Shown here: positions 18,225 to 27,292 of the stretch, in pieces
Position numbering within the stretch: the stretch's first letter is position 1
Layout: each line of letters begins with the position of its first letter
Assembly (NCBI GenBank): GCA_016926205.1
Contig: JAFGPB010000062.1
Span: 5,759 to 69,758, forward strand
Length of the DNA stretch: 64,000 nt
Direction: 5' to 3'
DNA from: Bacteroidales bacterium
GTDB lineage: Bacteria > Bacteroidota > Bacteroidia > Bacteroidales > UBA10428
Program-made: the position numbers and the translations under genes
Notes under the pieces: model-generated
Databases searched by the model: none
What the model saw: the letters and a program-made list of their open reading frames with translations, nothing else
What the model was told of the DNA's origin: nothing

Positions 18225-18572
18225 TTAATCCTTCTGAACCTTCCTGGAGAGAAAGTAGGATGCTACCAGTCCTCCCCCTGCAAACAAAAAGATCATGGAT
18301 ATATAAGCAGCACCCGGGTGAAGTGCTGTTGTTTCTGCAAGAATATTGCCGATGAGTGTACCAAAACCGGCACCGGCAAACAGCAAACCCAGCTTGATCA
18401 CAAAAGTTTTGAGGGTCTCCTTCGGTTCATTTCTCAGAATCGAAGGATCAGCATTCTTTTCGATGAGCGCAAGTCTTTCCCGGTTCCTCGTATTGTAAAA
18501 TATATACATGATCCCGAAAAGTGCTGCAAATCCTGTGACAAAGAATACAATTGCGATAAGTTGTTCTCCCAT
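18225..18572 (-). CDS. Small membrane protein (2-3 TM), unknown function
   Basis: 115 aa with hydrophobic N- and C-terminal segments. Divergent from the ECF sigma gene. Confidence 0.7.
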   Translation of the reverse strand: MGEQLIAIVFFVTGFAALFGIMYIFYNTRNRERLALIEKNADPSILRNEPKETLKTFVIKLGLLFAGAGFGTLIGNILAETTALHPGAAYISMIFLFAGGGLVASYFLSRKVQKD

Positions 18573-18716
18573 GGCTTTTCAAATTTAAGATTAAACAATT
18601 GCTATTTGAACTCTTTGACGCCTGTACTCATATTCCGGTTACAAAAAGGGGATACATTCATGAAAACTTGTTTATTTTTGTAACCTGCAGGACTGTCCGG
18701 GCGTCATAACATCAGT

Positions 18717-19283
18717 ATGAGTCAGATCAGTGATACGGAATTGATCAGCCGGATCCTGAAAGGGGAAGTTTCAGGATATGCCATACTGGTGGATCGCTAT
18801 AAAGACCTTGTATTTACCGTTGCGTACTGCATTGCTAAAAACCGTGAGGATGCTGAGGAAATTGCACAAGATGCTTTCCTGAAGGCTTTCAGGAACTTAA
18901 AGCAGTTCAGGGGGAAATCAAGGTTCTCCACCTGGTTGTACCGTATCACATACAACACGGCCGTATCAAAAAAAAGGCTGAAAAGTATTCCTATAATACC
19001 GATTGAATCAGTAAACCATTTCGGCACAACCATTCTGGAGGATCCGGAAGCAGAGGTTCAGGCCGGAGAAGATGAAAAAGCTTCCCTTCTTGAAAAAGCC
19101 CTGAATGCTCTGGCTGAAGATGAGAGGACCATCATAACTTTATACTACCTTGACGATTCGAGCGTAGATGAGATACGCAGCATTACAGGCTTGTCTGCAG
19201 CAAATGTGAAAGTCAAACTTTTCAGGGCACGCAATAAAATGAAGGTTATCATATCCGGTAATTCTCATTTGATTTATGCCTGA
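18717..19283 (+). CDS. ECF-type RNA polymerase sigma-70 family factor
   Basis: Region 2 (DAEEIAQDAFLKAF...FSTWLYRITYN) and region 4 (DSSVDEIRSITGLSAANVKVKLFRARNKM). Confidence 0.9.
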   Translation: MSQISDTELISRILKGEVSGYAILVDRYKDLVFTVAYCIAKNREDAEEIAQDAFLKAFRNLKQFRGKSRFSTWLYRITYNTAVSKKRLKSIPIIPIESVNHFGTTILEDPEAEVQAGEDEKASLLEKALNALAEDERTIITLYYLDDSSVDEIRSITGLSAANVKVKLFRARNKMKVIISGNSHLIYA

Positions 19284-19300
19284 AATAATTGAATATCAAA

Positions 19301-19699
19301 ATGGAGCACTTGAATGAAAACAACGAAGAGGCTTTAAGAAAACTGATGAAAGATGTAGGCCTACTGTCTGCACCGGCTGATTTCACCCACCGGGTGATGA
19401 GTCAGGTCGGGTGTATTGCAGGTGTTACAGAATCGACTTATAAGCCACTTATCGGGATAAAAGGCTGGACCATTATTCTTGCAAGTTTATTGCTGATTTT
19501 GGCAAGTTGCATCATGATTCTGGCAAGCGGAGATTATACTTCATACGGATTTTTTGATTTTCTGACACCCGTATTCGGTTTCCTGCAGAATCTGGAAATA
19601 TCGTTCAAAATAAGTATGGGTTCAGTTTATATCGGTATTGTAATATTTATATCCATATTGATCCTGCTTTCAGTCGATTTTGTGTCAATACGTCAATAA
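19301..19699 (+). CDS. Membrane protein, putative anti-sigma partner
   Basis: Starts 18 nt after the sigma stop. Cytoplasmic N-terminus plus about 3 TM helices. No zinc-binding HxxxCxxC motif visible. Confidence 0.5.
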   Translation: MEHLNENNEEALRKLMKDVGLLSAPADFTHRVMSQVGCIAGVTESTYKPLIGIKGWTIILASLLLILASCIMILASGDYTSYGFFDFLTPVFGFLQNLEISFKISMGSVYIGIVIFISILILLSVDFVSIRQ

Positions 19700-19718
19700 G
19701 ACTGGAATAGTGGCTGTA

Positions 19719-20432
19719 TCAGGGATTGACCTCCAGCAATTCCAATTCATAAATTACGGTTGAAAAAGGAAGGATTCCCGTACCTTCAGGGGGTTCACTT
19801 CCAAAAGCCAGTTCGGCAGGAATAAACACCCTCCATTTTGAACCCGCAGACATCATCTGTATTGCCTCAACCAACCCTGCTATCGCTACATTCAGACGAA
19901 AAATGTTTGGGCTCCCTCTTTCGTAAGAGTTGTCGAAGACTGTGCCATCAATAAGATAACTTTTAAAGTGTACTTTGACACGGTCAGTTTGACCGGGTTT
20001 TTCTCCATTTCCCTCCTTAAGTATGATATACTGCAGTCCGCTCGGCAATGTAACGACACTATCCTTTTTTGCATTCTCTTCAAGAAACACCCTGTTCGCA
20101 GTCTTGTTATCACGGAACCTTATATCAAGCTGTTTCTGATCATATTCGTCAAAAAATACCTCCACATAGGCTTCTGCCAGATATCTGGGATAGAGCATTG
20201 AATCGTCCAGGTGAAAACATTCGTAAATACCCCTGGCAAAAGCATCGTAATTCAACATACTGTCCCTGTATGATTGTTTCATCTCGCTGCCAAACCGGAG
20301 TCCTATATAATATGATAAGGTATCTTCACGGGTTTTGAGAACCATATGCTCCGGATTGCTGGTGCATGAATCCGTAAGGAAAGCCCAGATGATTGTGAGT
20401 CCAACAAAGAATCCGTATTTTTTCATAGTCAC
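19719..20432 (-). CDS. FKBP-type peptidyl-prolyl isomerase lipoprotein (Mip/FkpA-like), divergent paralog
   Basis: Lipobox LTDSC, N-terminal dimerisation-like region, and a C-terminal FKBP domain LIDGTVFDNSYERGSP...AGLVEAIQMM. Confidence 0.85.
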   Translation of the reverse strand: MTMKKYGFFVGLTIIWAFLTDSCTSNPEHMVLKTREDTLSYYIGLRFGSEMKQSYRDSMLNYDAFARGIYECFHLDDSMLYPRYLAEAYVEVFFDEYDQKQLDIRFRDNKTANRVFLEENAKKDSVVTLPSGLQYIILKEGNGEKPGQTDRVKVHFKSYLIDGTVFDNSYERGSPNIFRLNVAIAGLVEAIQMMSAGSKWRVFIPAELAFGSEPPEGTGILPFSTVIYELELLEVNP

Positions 20433-20600
20433 ATATGTATTGTTTTCCGCTTGCGAATATAATATTTTTCGTCTCTTTTGGGTAAATTAGTGATATTCTT
20501 GTATGCATTTCAGTTGCTTATTGCTAATTTTCCGCAATCTGGATTGCAGTATTCAGGAGATGAACTCAAATCAGCGTACACTGAAATCAATCTCGTGCAA

Positions 20601-21497
20601 ATGCAAAAGTCTTGTATTCTTTTGTTGATTTTACTGATCATCAGGGGATTTTCACTCTTTTCGCAGGACAACAGCCTGCTTCAGGCAGAGGATGCTGATA
20701 AGATACCGGTATTGGATAGCAGTTACAAAAGAGCACTGGCAGAAGCGTTGTATATTCAGTTAAAAGCGGATTCCCTTGCCAGGACAGTGAGGGATAAAAA
20801 GATACTGGCACGGGAAACGCCGGACCTTACAGTCAAAAAAGAACTTACAGATGAGATCTTTAAAATGGAAAAGGAAGCAGAAATGTTTCAGGTTCAGGCT
20901 GACCGGTTGTTTGACAAAGCCCGGGAAATCAGAAATGCACTGAGTGGTCATGAAATCATTGACAAAGAAGTTCTCATTTACTCCCGAACCGTAAATGGAA
21001 TTAAAGTTTTTCAATACAATATCAGTCCGGATACGGGATCCATTTCCGTATCAGTTGTATCTGTAAATAGTGAAAAGTCAGGTGAAGCAGATGCCGCAAC
21101 TGTTGCAGGGTCGGAAACCAAGAATGACAGTGAAGTTCAGAAAACAGATGATTTTGCAATGCGGCAGCAATCTCCATACAATGTTGCTAATCCTTTTCCT
21201 GAAGGACTGACCATCATTCCGGGCCTGATTTACCGCATCCAGCTGGGCGTTTACAGCAGTCCGGTTCCATATGAAGCCTTTTCCGGTATCAGTCCGGTTT
21301 GCTTCGAAAAAACAGGGGAGGAGGAAACATTCAAATATTTTGCAGGTGTTTTTTTCAGTCTTGCGGGAGTGACCGCCGCTCTCGAACTGATCCGTTCTGC
21401 CGGCTTCCCGGATGCTTTCATTGTCGCTTTTCTGGACGGCAATCCGATTTCCACTGAACGGGCCCGTGAAATTGAATACGCGCCATATAAATTGTGA
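20601..21497 (+). CDS. Secreted protein with a C-terminal SPOR-like domain
   Basis: Signal peptide from the ATG at 20601 (MQKSCILLLILLIIRGFSLFSQ). C-terminus YRIQLGVYSSPVPYEAF...GFPDAFIVAFLDG. Confidence 0.65.
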   Translation: MQKSCILLLILLIIRGFSLFSQDNSLLQAEDADKIPVLDSSYKRALAEALYIQLKADSLARTVRDKKILARETPDLTVKKELTDEIFKMEKEAEMFQVQADRLFDKAREIRNALSGHEIIDKEVLIYSRTVNGIKVFQYNISPDTGSISVSVVSVNSEKSGEADAATVAGSETKNDSEVQKTDDFAMRQQSPYNVANPFPEGLTIIPGLIYRIQLGVYSSPVPYEAFSGISPVCFEKTGEEETFKYFAGVFFSLAGVTAALELIRSAGFPDAFIVAFLDGNPISTERAREIEYAPYKL

Positions 21498-21569
21498 AAT
21501 CATTCATGGATTTTTTTTATTTTTGATACAAATATCCTGCAACAATAATCCTTCTGCTTATTGTATATT

Positions 21570-21860
21570 ATGAAACCAAGAGAATTCGAAGTTGACAAGC
21601 CTCAATCAGATGAACTGAGCAGCAGTGACAGCAGCAATAAGTACCAGCTTATACTGCACAATGATGACGTTCATACATTTGATTATGTGATTGAAAGTCT
21701 GGTTGAAGTATGTAAGATGGATGTCACACAAGCTGAACAATGCACATATCTTGTGCATTATAAGGGAAAGTGTGATATACGGAGGGGTTCGTTTAACGAT
21801 CTGAAACCTTATAAGGAAGGTTTGATTGAAAGGGAATTGAATGCAACGATTGACAGATAA
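21570..21860 (+). CDS. clpS: ATP-dependent Clp protease adaptor ClpS
   Basis: YQLILHNDDVHTFDYVIESLVEVCKMDVTQAEQCTYLVHYKGKC. Confidence 0.9.
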   Translation: MKPREFEVDKPQSDELSSSDSSNKYQLILHNDDVHTFDYVIESLVEVCKMDVTQAEQCTYLVHYKGKCDIRRGSFNDLKPYKEGLIERELNATIDR

Positions 21861-21877
21861 GCTGAAACTTTAACAAC

Positions 21878-22342
21878 ATGTCATTACTGGCCATAATATT
21901 GGTAATCGTACTGGGAATTATCTTATTGTTGCTTGAATTTTTAATTTTCCCGGGATTTACGGTCTTTGGTATCAGCGGATTTCTTGCCATATTGTTTGGA
22001 ATTGGTTCCGCTTATTATTTTCACGGGGTTCAGACCGGAAATTATGCGCTTCTGATCACAGCTATTCTGTCAATAATTACCCTGTTTTTTGTATTCAAAC
22101 AGAAGACCTGGAAAAAAATCGGACTGGAAAGCAGTATTGTCAGCAAAAACATAACCTTTGATCCCGATCAGATACATGAAGGTGATTCGGGTAAAACCGT
22201 CACAAGACTTAATCCGGTTGGTAAAGTGATGGTCAATGATGTGATATGTGAAGCCAAGTCCATAAGTGGATTCATTAATGAAAATACTGAAGTTGTTGTT
22301 GTTAAAGTTCTTACGACTCAGATAATTGTTAAACCAAAATAA
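21878..22342 (+). CDS. NfeD family membrane protein
   Basis: Three N-terminal TM helices plus a C-terminal OB-like segment [14 protein letters not shown]. Directly upstream of floA. Confidence 0.85.
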   Translation: MSLLAIILVIVLGIILLLLEFLIFPGFTVFGISGFLAILFGIGSAYYFHGVQTGNYALLITAILSIITLFFVFKQKTWKKIGLESSIVSKNITFDPDQIHEGDSGKTVTRLNPVGKVMVNDVICEAKSISGFINENTEVVVVKVLTTQIIVKPK

Positions 22343-22350
22343 TCAATGCT

Positions 22351-23328
22351 ATGACAGGTATCGGAATGTATCTTGTAATTGCTGTTGCAATTGTTCTTTT
22401 CTTATGGGTGTTCTTTTATTTCATACCGCTGGGACTGTGGTTCAGCGCTGTATTCGCGAAAGTTTACGTTTCAATCTGGCAACTTGTTGGAATGCGGATC
22501 CGCAAAGTACCTCCGGCCATTATACTCAATAGTCTTGTAAGTGCAACCAAGGCAGGTTTGAAACTGGCAACAGATGAACTGGAAGCACACTATCTGGCAG
22601 GAGGTAATGTGAAGCAGGTCGTAAATGCTTTGATATCTGCTGACAAGGCAAATATTCCGCTTGATTTTAAATCGGGCACAGCAATTGACCTTGCAGGCAG
22701 AAACGTGCTCGAAGCGGTGCAGATGTCCGTCAATCCCAAGGTGATCAATACTCCTGCAGTTTCCGCAGTTGCAAAAGACGGCATACAGCTTATTTGCAAG
22801 GCCCGGGTCACGGTCCGTGCCAACATCAGGCAGTTGGTGGGCGGGGCAGGTGAAGAGACCGTGCTCGCCCGTGTGGGTGAAGGCATCGTTTCATCAATCG
22901 GTTCCGCAGTTTCACATAAGGAAGTACTTGAAAATCCCGATAACATATCAAAAGTAGTACTCAGTAAGGGTCTTGATGCCGGCACTGCTTTTGAGATACT
23001 CTCCATTGATATTGCAGATATTGATATCGGAAAAAATATCGGAGCAGTTTTGCAAATGGATCAGGCCAACGCTGACAAAAATATTGCTCAGGCTAAAGCT
23101 GAGGAAAAAAGGGCCATGGCTGTCGCGCTCGAACAGGAAATGAAGGCCAAGGCACAGGAAGCACGGGCAAAGGTCATAGAAGCTGAAGTGCAGATCCCGT
23201 TGGCTATGGCTGAGGCATTCCGCACAGGTAATCTTGGGATCATGGACTACTACAGGTTTAAAAATATTGAAGCGGATACCAGCATGCGCGACTCCATCTC
23301 CAAAAGTGAAGGACAACAAAAGAAATGA
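22351..23328 (+). CDS. floA: Flotillin-like protein FloA (SPFH domain)
   Basis: 325 aa with N-terminal [29 protein letters not shown], and an Ala/Glu-rich coiled-coil tail. Confidence 0.9.
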   Translation: MTGIGMYLVIAVAIVLFLWVFFYFIPLGLWFSAVFAKVYVSIWQLVGMRIRKVPPAIILNSLVSATKAGLKLATDELEAHYLAGGNVKQVVNALISADKANIPLDFKSGTAIDLAGRNVLEAVQMSVNPKVINTPAVSAVAKDGIQLICKARVTVRANIRQLVGGAGEETVLARVGEGIVSSIGSAVSHKEVLENPDNISKVVLSKGLDAGTAFEILSIDIADIDIGKNIGAVLQMDQANADKNIAQAKAEEKRAMAVALEQEMKAKAQEARAKVIEAEVQIPLAMAEAFRTGNLGIMDYYRFKNIEADTSMRDSISKSEGQQKK

Positions 23329-23400
23329 CGGGCAGGGGACAGAGGTAAAGATTAATGACTGAATGCGTGGATCATTCCGGAATCCTTCCCGAGAGGCTGA

Positions 23401-24093
23401 TCAAAGAATACCGGCCAGATCCCGAATACTGCTTATTTCATAGGTGGGAGTAAATGAAACGGGTTTCTCGTAAGGATTGAAATATACCTGATCAATGCCT
23501 GCATTTCTGGCCCCTTCCACATCAGCTTCTGCATCGTCTCCTGTCATCAGGCATTCTGTTTTATGGGCATGGACCGACTTAACGGCATATTCAAAAAACC
23601 GGATGTCAGGCTTTTGATAACCAACCATTTCGGCAATAAATAGCCTGCGGAAATAAGATTGCAAACCGCAGGCATTGATTTTTTTCAGCTGAACTTCTGC
23701 AAATCCGTTGGTCAGGATGTACAGGTGATACTTATGTCTCAGGTATTCAAGGGTTTCATGGACATATTTAAAAAGGTTGGTTTTTTGAGGAACAAGTTCC
23801 ATGTACAGATCGCTTACCGTTTTTGCAAGCTCAGTATCATGTATGCCCAGGTCCCGGAAAGAATGGACGAAACGTTCGGATCGCAGGACATCCTTTTTAA
23901 TATGACCCTTGCGGTATTCAACCCAGAAACGGTCGTTGTGCTTTTCAAATATGCAGAGGAATTTCAGCGGATCAAATGAGTCTTCGGGGAGGGCAAGCCT
24001 GCTGAAGATATCCTGAAATGCTTCCAGTGCATTTGCCCGGAAATCCAGAAGGGTATTGTCAAGATCGAAAAATAAATGCTTATAAGGGATCAT
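23401..24093 (-). CDS. HAD-superfamily hydrolase (YjjG-like nucleotidase subfamily)
   Basis: FDLDNTLLDF motif I, ILTNG motif II, and GDDAEADVEGARNAGI motif IV. I prefer the ATG at 24093 over the tracked TTG at 24102. Confidence 0.85.
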   Translation of the reverse strand: MIPYKHLFFDLDNTLLDFRANALEAFQDIFSRLALPEDSFDPLKFLCIFEKHNDRFWVEYRKGHIKKDVLRSERFVHSFRDLGIHDTELAKTVSDLYMELVPQKTNLFKYVHETLEYLRHKYHLYILTNGFAEVQLKKINACGLQSYFRRLFIAEMVGYQKPDIRFFEYAVKSVHAHKTECLMTGDDAEADVEGARNAGIDQVYFNPYEKPVSFTPTYEISSIRDLAGIL

Positions 24094-24107
24094 AACCTGC
24101 AAAAATA

Positions 24108-24833
24108 ATGTATTTTAAGCGCATGAAGAGGCTTTTGTTCATATTAATGGCAATTATCCCTGTCAGGGGAGCGACTCAAAATCTGCAGCTGCATTATGAC
24201 TTCGGAGAAGGAAGGAAATATATGACCGCCACGGTTGAGATGTTCAGACCCGACACTTTTGGCTCCACGTTCTGGTTCATTGATTTTGATTTTAACTTTC
24301 CGGGAAGTCCGAGGAGCATGTCTGCTGCATACTGGGAAATCTCCCGTGATTTGTACATTCCGGTTCTGAAAAAACTGCATCCTTTTGAACAGTTGGGCCT
24401 CCATGTGGAGTACAATGATGGATTCATGGCATTCAAAGACACAGCGGATTACATTGGAGCAGCGACATACAACAGTGTTCTTCTGACAGGATTCAGCTTT
24501 CCGGTCAGTTCCGGTGCATTTTCAATCACATCACAATTGCTTTGCAGAATGCCCCGGGGAATGAACAAGCCTGATTTTCAGTTTACACTGGTATGGCTTC
24601 GCTACCTGTTGAACAACAGGTTTTTGTTTACGGGATTTCTGGATCTCTGGTCACAGGATAAAACAGCGGATCCTGATAAAAAAGAACTGGTTTTTCAGAC
24701 CGAACCACAATTCTGGTTTTTAGTGACCACCAGGATTGCATTCGGCGGAGAAGTCGAGATCAGCAGGAATTTCCCGGTGGGTCCGAACGAATGGGAATTC
24801 ATGCCAACACTTGCTGTCCGCTGGGAATTTTAA
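24108..24833 (+). CDS. Putative outer-membrane beta-barrel protein (Tsx/DUF5020-like, from memory)
   Basis: Signal peptide, alternating aromatic beta-strand pattern, and a terminal ...AVRWEF. Confidence 0.55.
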   Translation: MYFKRMKRLLFILMAIIPVRGATQNLQLHYDFGEGRKYMTATVEMFRPDTFGSTFWFIDFDFNFPGSPRSMSAAYWEISRDLYIPVLKKLHPFEQLGLHVEYNDGFMAFKDTADYIGAATYNSVLLTGFSFPVSSGAFSITSQLLCRMPRGMNKPDFQFTLVWLRYLLNNRFLFTGFLDLWSQDKTADPDKKELVFQTEPQFWFLVTTRIAFGGEVEISRNFPVGPNEWEFMPTLAVRWEF

Positions 24834-24892
24834 AGGGTTATATATTTTTCCGGTTCCTGAGGTGTGAACTCAAGTTCTTCTTCCTTGATGAT

Positions 24893-25260
24893 CTATTCCC
24901 GGTGTTTTTGCATTTCTTCGATTGCACGTTGCTGTTCTTCCTCACTCATTTTCAGATGCTCCTGCATTTCTTCAAGGACACGTTGACGTTCTTCCAGGGC
25001 CTGTTGACGTTCTTCCCGGCTCATTTTCATGCGCTCCCGGATCTCTTCCTGGGCCTGCCTGATCATTTCCTCAGCTTCCTTCATTTTCTCAAGGGTCTGC
25101 TGCCGTTCTTCCTGACTCAATGCCAGGCTTTTCTGTATGTTTTCAAAAATGCGCGCTCTTTCTTCCGAGCCCAGGTGAAATTGTTCCTTCAATTCCAGCT
25201 GGTACTGCTTCATATACTCCTGTAAATGCTGCATTTCTTCCTGACTGATTTTTAAATGCT
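24893..25260 (-). repeat. Degenerate in-frame repeats encoding [LM]K[IM]S-x-EE-x-Q...EEM helical units
   Basis: Recurrent DNA blocks ...cgttgctgttcttcctcactcattttcag / ...gttgacgttcttcccggctcattttcat / ...ctgctgccgttcttcctgactcaatgccag. Confidence 0.55.
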
Positions 25261-26809
25261 TCTGCAGGATATTCCTGTAGGATTCAGGATCAACATATAT
25301 GTCTGCCAGTATTTTGTCTATGTAATCCCTGTAGAAGGTTGAAACATCAGGATCCGTATCCTTTATGATGATTTCGATTTCTTTTGTGGTCCTTTTCTGC
25401 TCCCGGCTGACTGAATCGGGTTCTGATCCGGTGACCATGATCTCAACGCGTTGTTTTGTTTTAACACTGTCCTGGTACATTTCAAATTGCTCCGGAGGTA
25501 TGGATCTTCCATTTACCGTAATTTCCCTGATGGTATCATTTGCCATTGTAATTCTTATTTCCCGGCTGTCTTTTACTCTTTCCTGATCCGTAATGCTTAT
25601 GATCACTTCTTCCTCAACCTTGATGACCGATGTGTCGTTTAGAGAATCACCGGAACCATCCAATACCACGATGATTGTTTTTAATGTGTCGGTCCCTGTG
25701 TTTTCCGGAACCTGCTGCGTTGTGTAAGCACCTATCCGGTTTATGCTGTTCTTCGCGTTGAAAGGAATGCCGATTGTCGTACCGAGCACGAGACCTGCAA
25801 CTACCAAAAAAGCAAACATTGTGGCAAGCCTCAGCAGGGGAGAATGATTCTCTTCCGGATGGATCATCCGTTTTATTCTGGAAAGCAAACGTTTGGGTTT
25901 GCTGATGATTCCATTTGCAGGAGTTATGCCTGCAAGATTAAGTTCCTGTACCATGGTTAATGCTTTAATATAATTTATTGGATCAGCGCATGTTTTCAGA
26001 GCCAGATCGTCACAACAATGCTCCCGTTCCCTGTTAATTGCAGAGGACAAGTACCAGGTCAGCGGATGAAAGAACAGGACCTGTTCAGCAATCCCCTGAA
26101 TGATCAGGAGCACATGATCATACCGTCTGATATGTGCCAGTTCATGTGCAATGATGGCTTCGGTCTGGGAAGGACTCAGATTTGCGATGGCTGCCAGCGG
26201 GACAATAACGACAGGTTTCAGAACCCCGACCACCATCGGACTTATCTTCCTGACTGAAAGCCTGAGTTGTACAACTGGATTTACTTTCAATAATCTGCGA
26301 ATGCGGTTGAATGTCTGCTGTTCATGATATTCAGGTTGCAGGGTGTTTTTCCTGATAATTACCTGTGATACATACAATCCCGCAATTAAGCGAATTCCGG
26401 TGATGATAAAACCTATGAACCACAGCAGTGCAAGTATGGGAGCAACAGGATCAATTGCTGATAACGACCATTGCATCAGACTCCTGAAGTAGCCACCGTT
26501 AAAAACCAGGTCTGTCGGGTTAACAGGAGACTGTTGGGCGGAGGACAGATACAGGGCACCGTTACGCTCATAAGAATATAAAGGTGAAATGGACTGGTAA
26601 ACATGCAGGAAAGTATACAGAAAAACGAACAGCATGACCATCAGTCCGGAATACAGTACGATATAGCGCAGTCCGGACTGCTCCTTTTTGATCAGATTAA
26701 GCATCAGAAGTATCGGCAGGAGGATCAGCGCACCTTCCCACAAAGAGTGTATAATGCTCATTCCCAGTGCCTGAAGGATTCCGGATTGAAAGGAAAGGAT
26801 GGTGTTCAT
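24893..26809 (-). CDS. BlaR1/MecR1-family M56 peptidase signal transducer with a non-PBP C-terminal region
   Basis: HELAHIRRYDH zinc motif in a multi-TM N-terminal half. 4-bp overlap with blaI. The C-terminal about 300 aa is charged and repeat-rich. Confidence 0.85.
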   Translation of the reverse strand: MNTILSFQSGILQALGMSIIHSLWEGALILLPILLMLNLIKKEQSGLRYIVLYSGLMVMLFVFLYTFLHVYQSISPLYSYERNGALYLSSAQQSPVNPTDLVFNGGYFRSLMQWSLSAIDPVAPILALLWFIGFIITGIRLIAGLYVSQVIIRKNTLQPEYHEQQTFNRIRRLLKVNPVVQLRLSVRKISPMVVGVLKPVVIVPLAAIANLSPSQTEAIIAHELAHIRRYDHVLLIIQGIAEQVLFFHPLTWYLSSAINREREHCCDDLALKTCADPINYIKALTMVQELNLAGITPANGIISKPKRLLSRIKRMIHPEENHSPLLRLATMFAFLVVAGLVLGTTIGIPFNAKNSINRIGAYTTQQVPENTGTDTLKTIIVVLDGSGDSLNDTSVIKVEEEVIISITDQERVKDSREIRITMANDTIREITVNGRSIPPEQFEMYQDSVKTKQRVEIMVTGSEPDSVSREQKRTTKEIEIIIKDTDPDVSTFYRDYIDKILADIYVDPESYRNILQKHLKISQEEMQHLQEYMKQYQLELKEQFHLGSEERARIFENIQKSLALSQEERQQTLEKMKEAEEMIRQAQEEIRERMKMSREERQQALEERQRVLEEMQEHLKMSEEEQQRAIEEMQKHRE

Positions 26810-27192
26810 TTTTTCCGGTCTTTTTCGAGTTTGTCAATCAACTCCCGTATCTCCCTCAGTTCTTCCTGTGTTGCCTGGTGATTACCCAGTGCCTGCAGGA
26901 CCATTCTAGATGCTGAACCTCCAAACACTGAGTTGACCAGGCGTTCGATCAGAGCGGTGCGGATCACGCTGGCCTGTATCACCGGATTATAAATATGGGT
27001 ACGTCCGCTCGTGTCCCTTGACAGCATTCCCTTTTCCGTCATAATCTGCATCATTTTCAGGGTTGTGGTGTAACCGACATTCCTTCCTTTTCGTTCAAGC
27101 TGCATATTCACGAAACGGACTGTATTGGGACCGTTTTCCCAGAGCACCTCAAGGATTTCGAGTTCGGATTCTGTCGGACGATGTAATGACAT
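26806..27192 (-). CDS. blaI: BlaI/MecI/CopY family transcriptional repressor
   Basis: MSLHRPTESELEILEVLWENGPNTVRFV winged-helix N-terminus. The tracked upstream extension (to 27276) crosses the operator and is rejected. Confidence 0.9.
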   Translation of the reverse strand: MSLHRPTESELEILEVLWENGPNTVRFVNMQLERKGRNVGYTTTLKMMQIMTEKGMLSRDTSGRTHIYNPVIQASVIRTALIERLVNSVFGGSASRMVLQALGNHQATQEELREIRELIDKLEKDRKK

Positions 27193-27218
27193 AAAAAAAA
27201 TGATGCTGTTCAGATAAA

Positions 27219-27266
27219 TACGAAATTCTTCGTACAAATATATACGAAAGATTTCGTATATACAAA
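27219..27266 (-). promoter_or_regulatory. blaI-blaR1 promoter with two palindromic operators
   Basis: IR1 TACGAAATTCTTCGTA (27219-27234) and IR2 TACGAAAGATTTCGTA (27243-27258). On the minus strand, TTTG-N20-TATATTTG, with IR2 filling the spacer and IR1 just downstream of the -7 box. Confidence 0.6.
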
Positions 27267-27292
27267 AATATTTCATTAAAATTTGTTAAAAC

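Noticed and set aside
18162-18683. 173-aa Cys-rich plus-strand ORF
   Set aside because: It is a shadow of the 115-aa membrane protein gene on the opposite strand. Its Cys/Lys-rich composition is implausible, and the minus-strand product has clean TM helices.
24791-25225. 144-aa Phe/Leu-rich plus-strand ORF
   Set aside because: It is the antisense reading of the Glu/Gln/Lys-rich repeat region of the BlaR1-like gene, a low-complexity artefact.
27193-27276. N-terminal extension of the blaI ORF (MKYFCIYEIFRIYLYEEFRIYL...)
   Set aside because: The repeated YEIFRIYL / YEEFRIYL peptide is the translation of the two operator palindromes. The conserved repressor N-terminus starts at the ATG at 27192.
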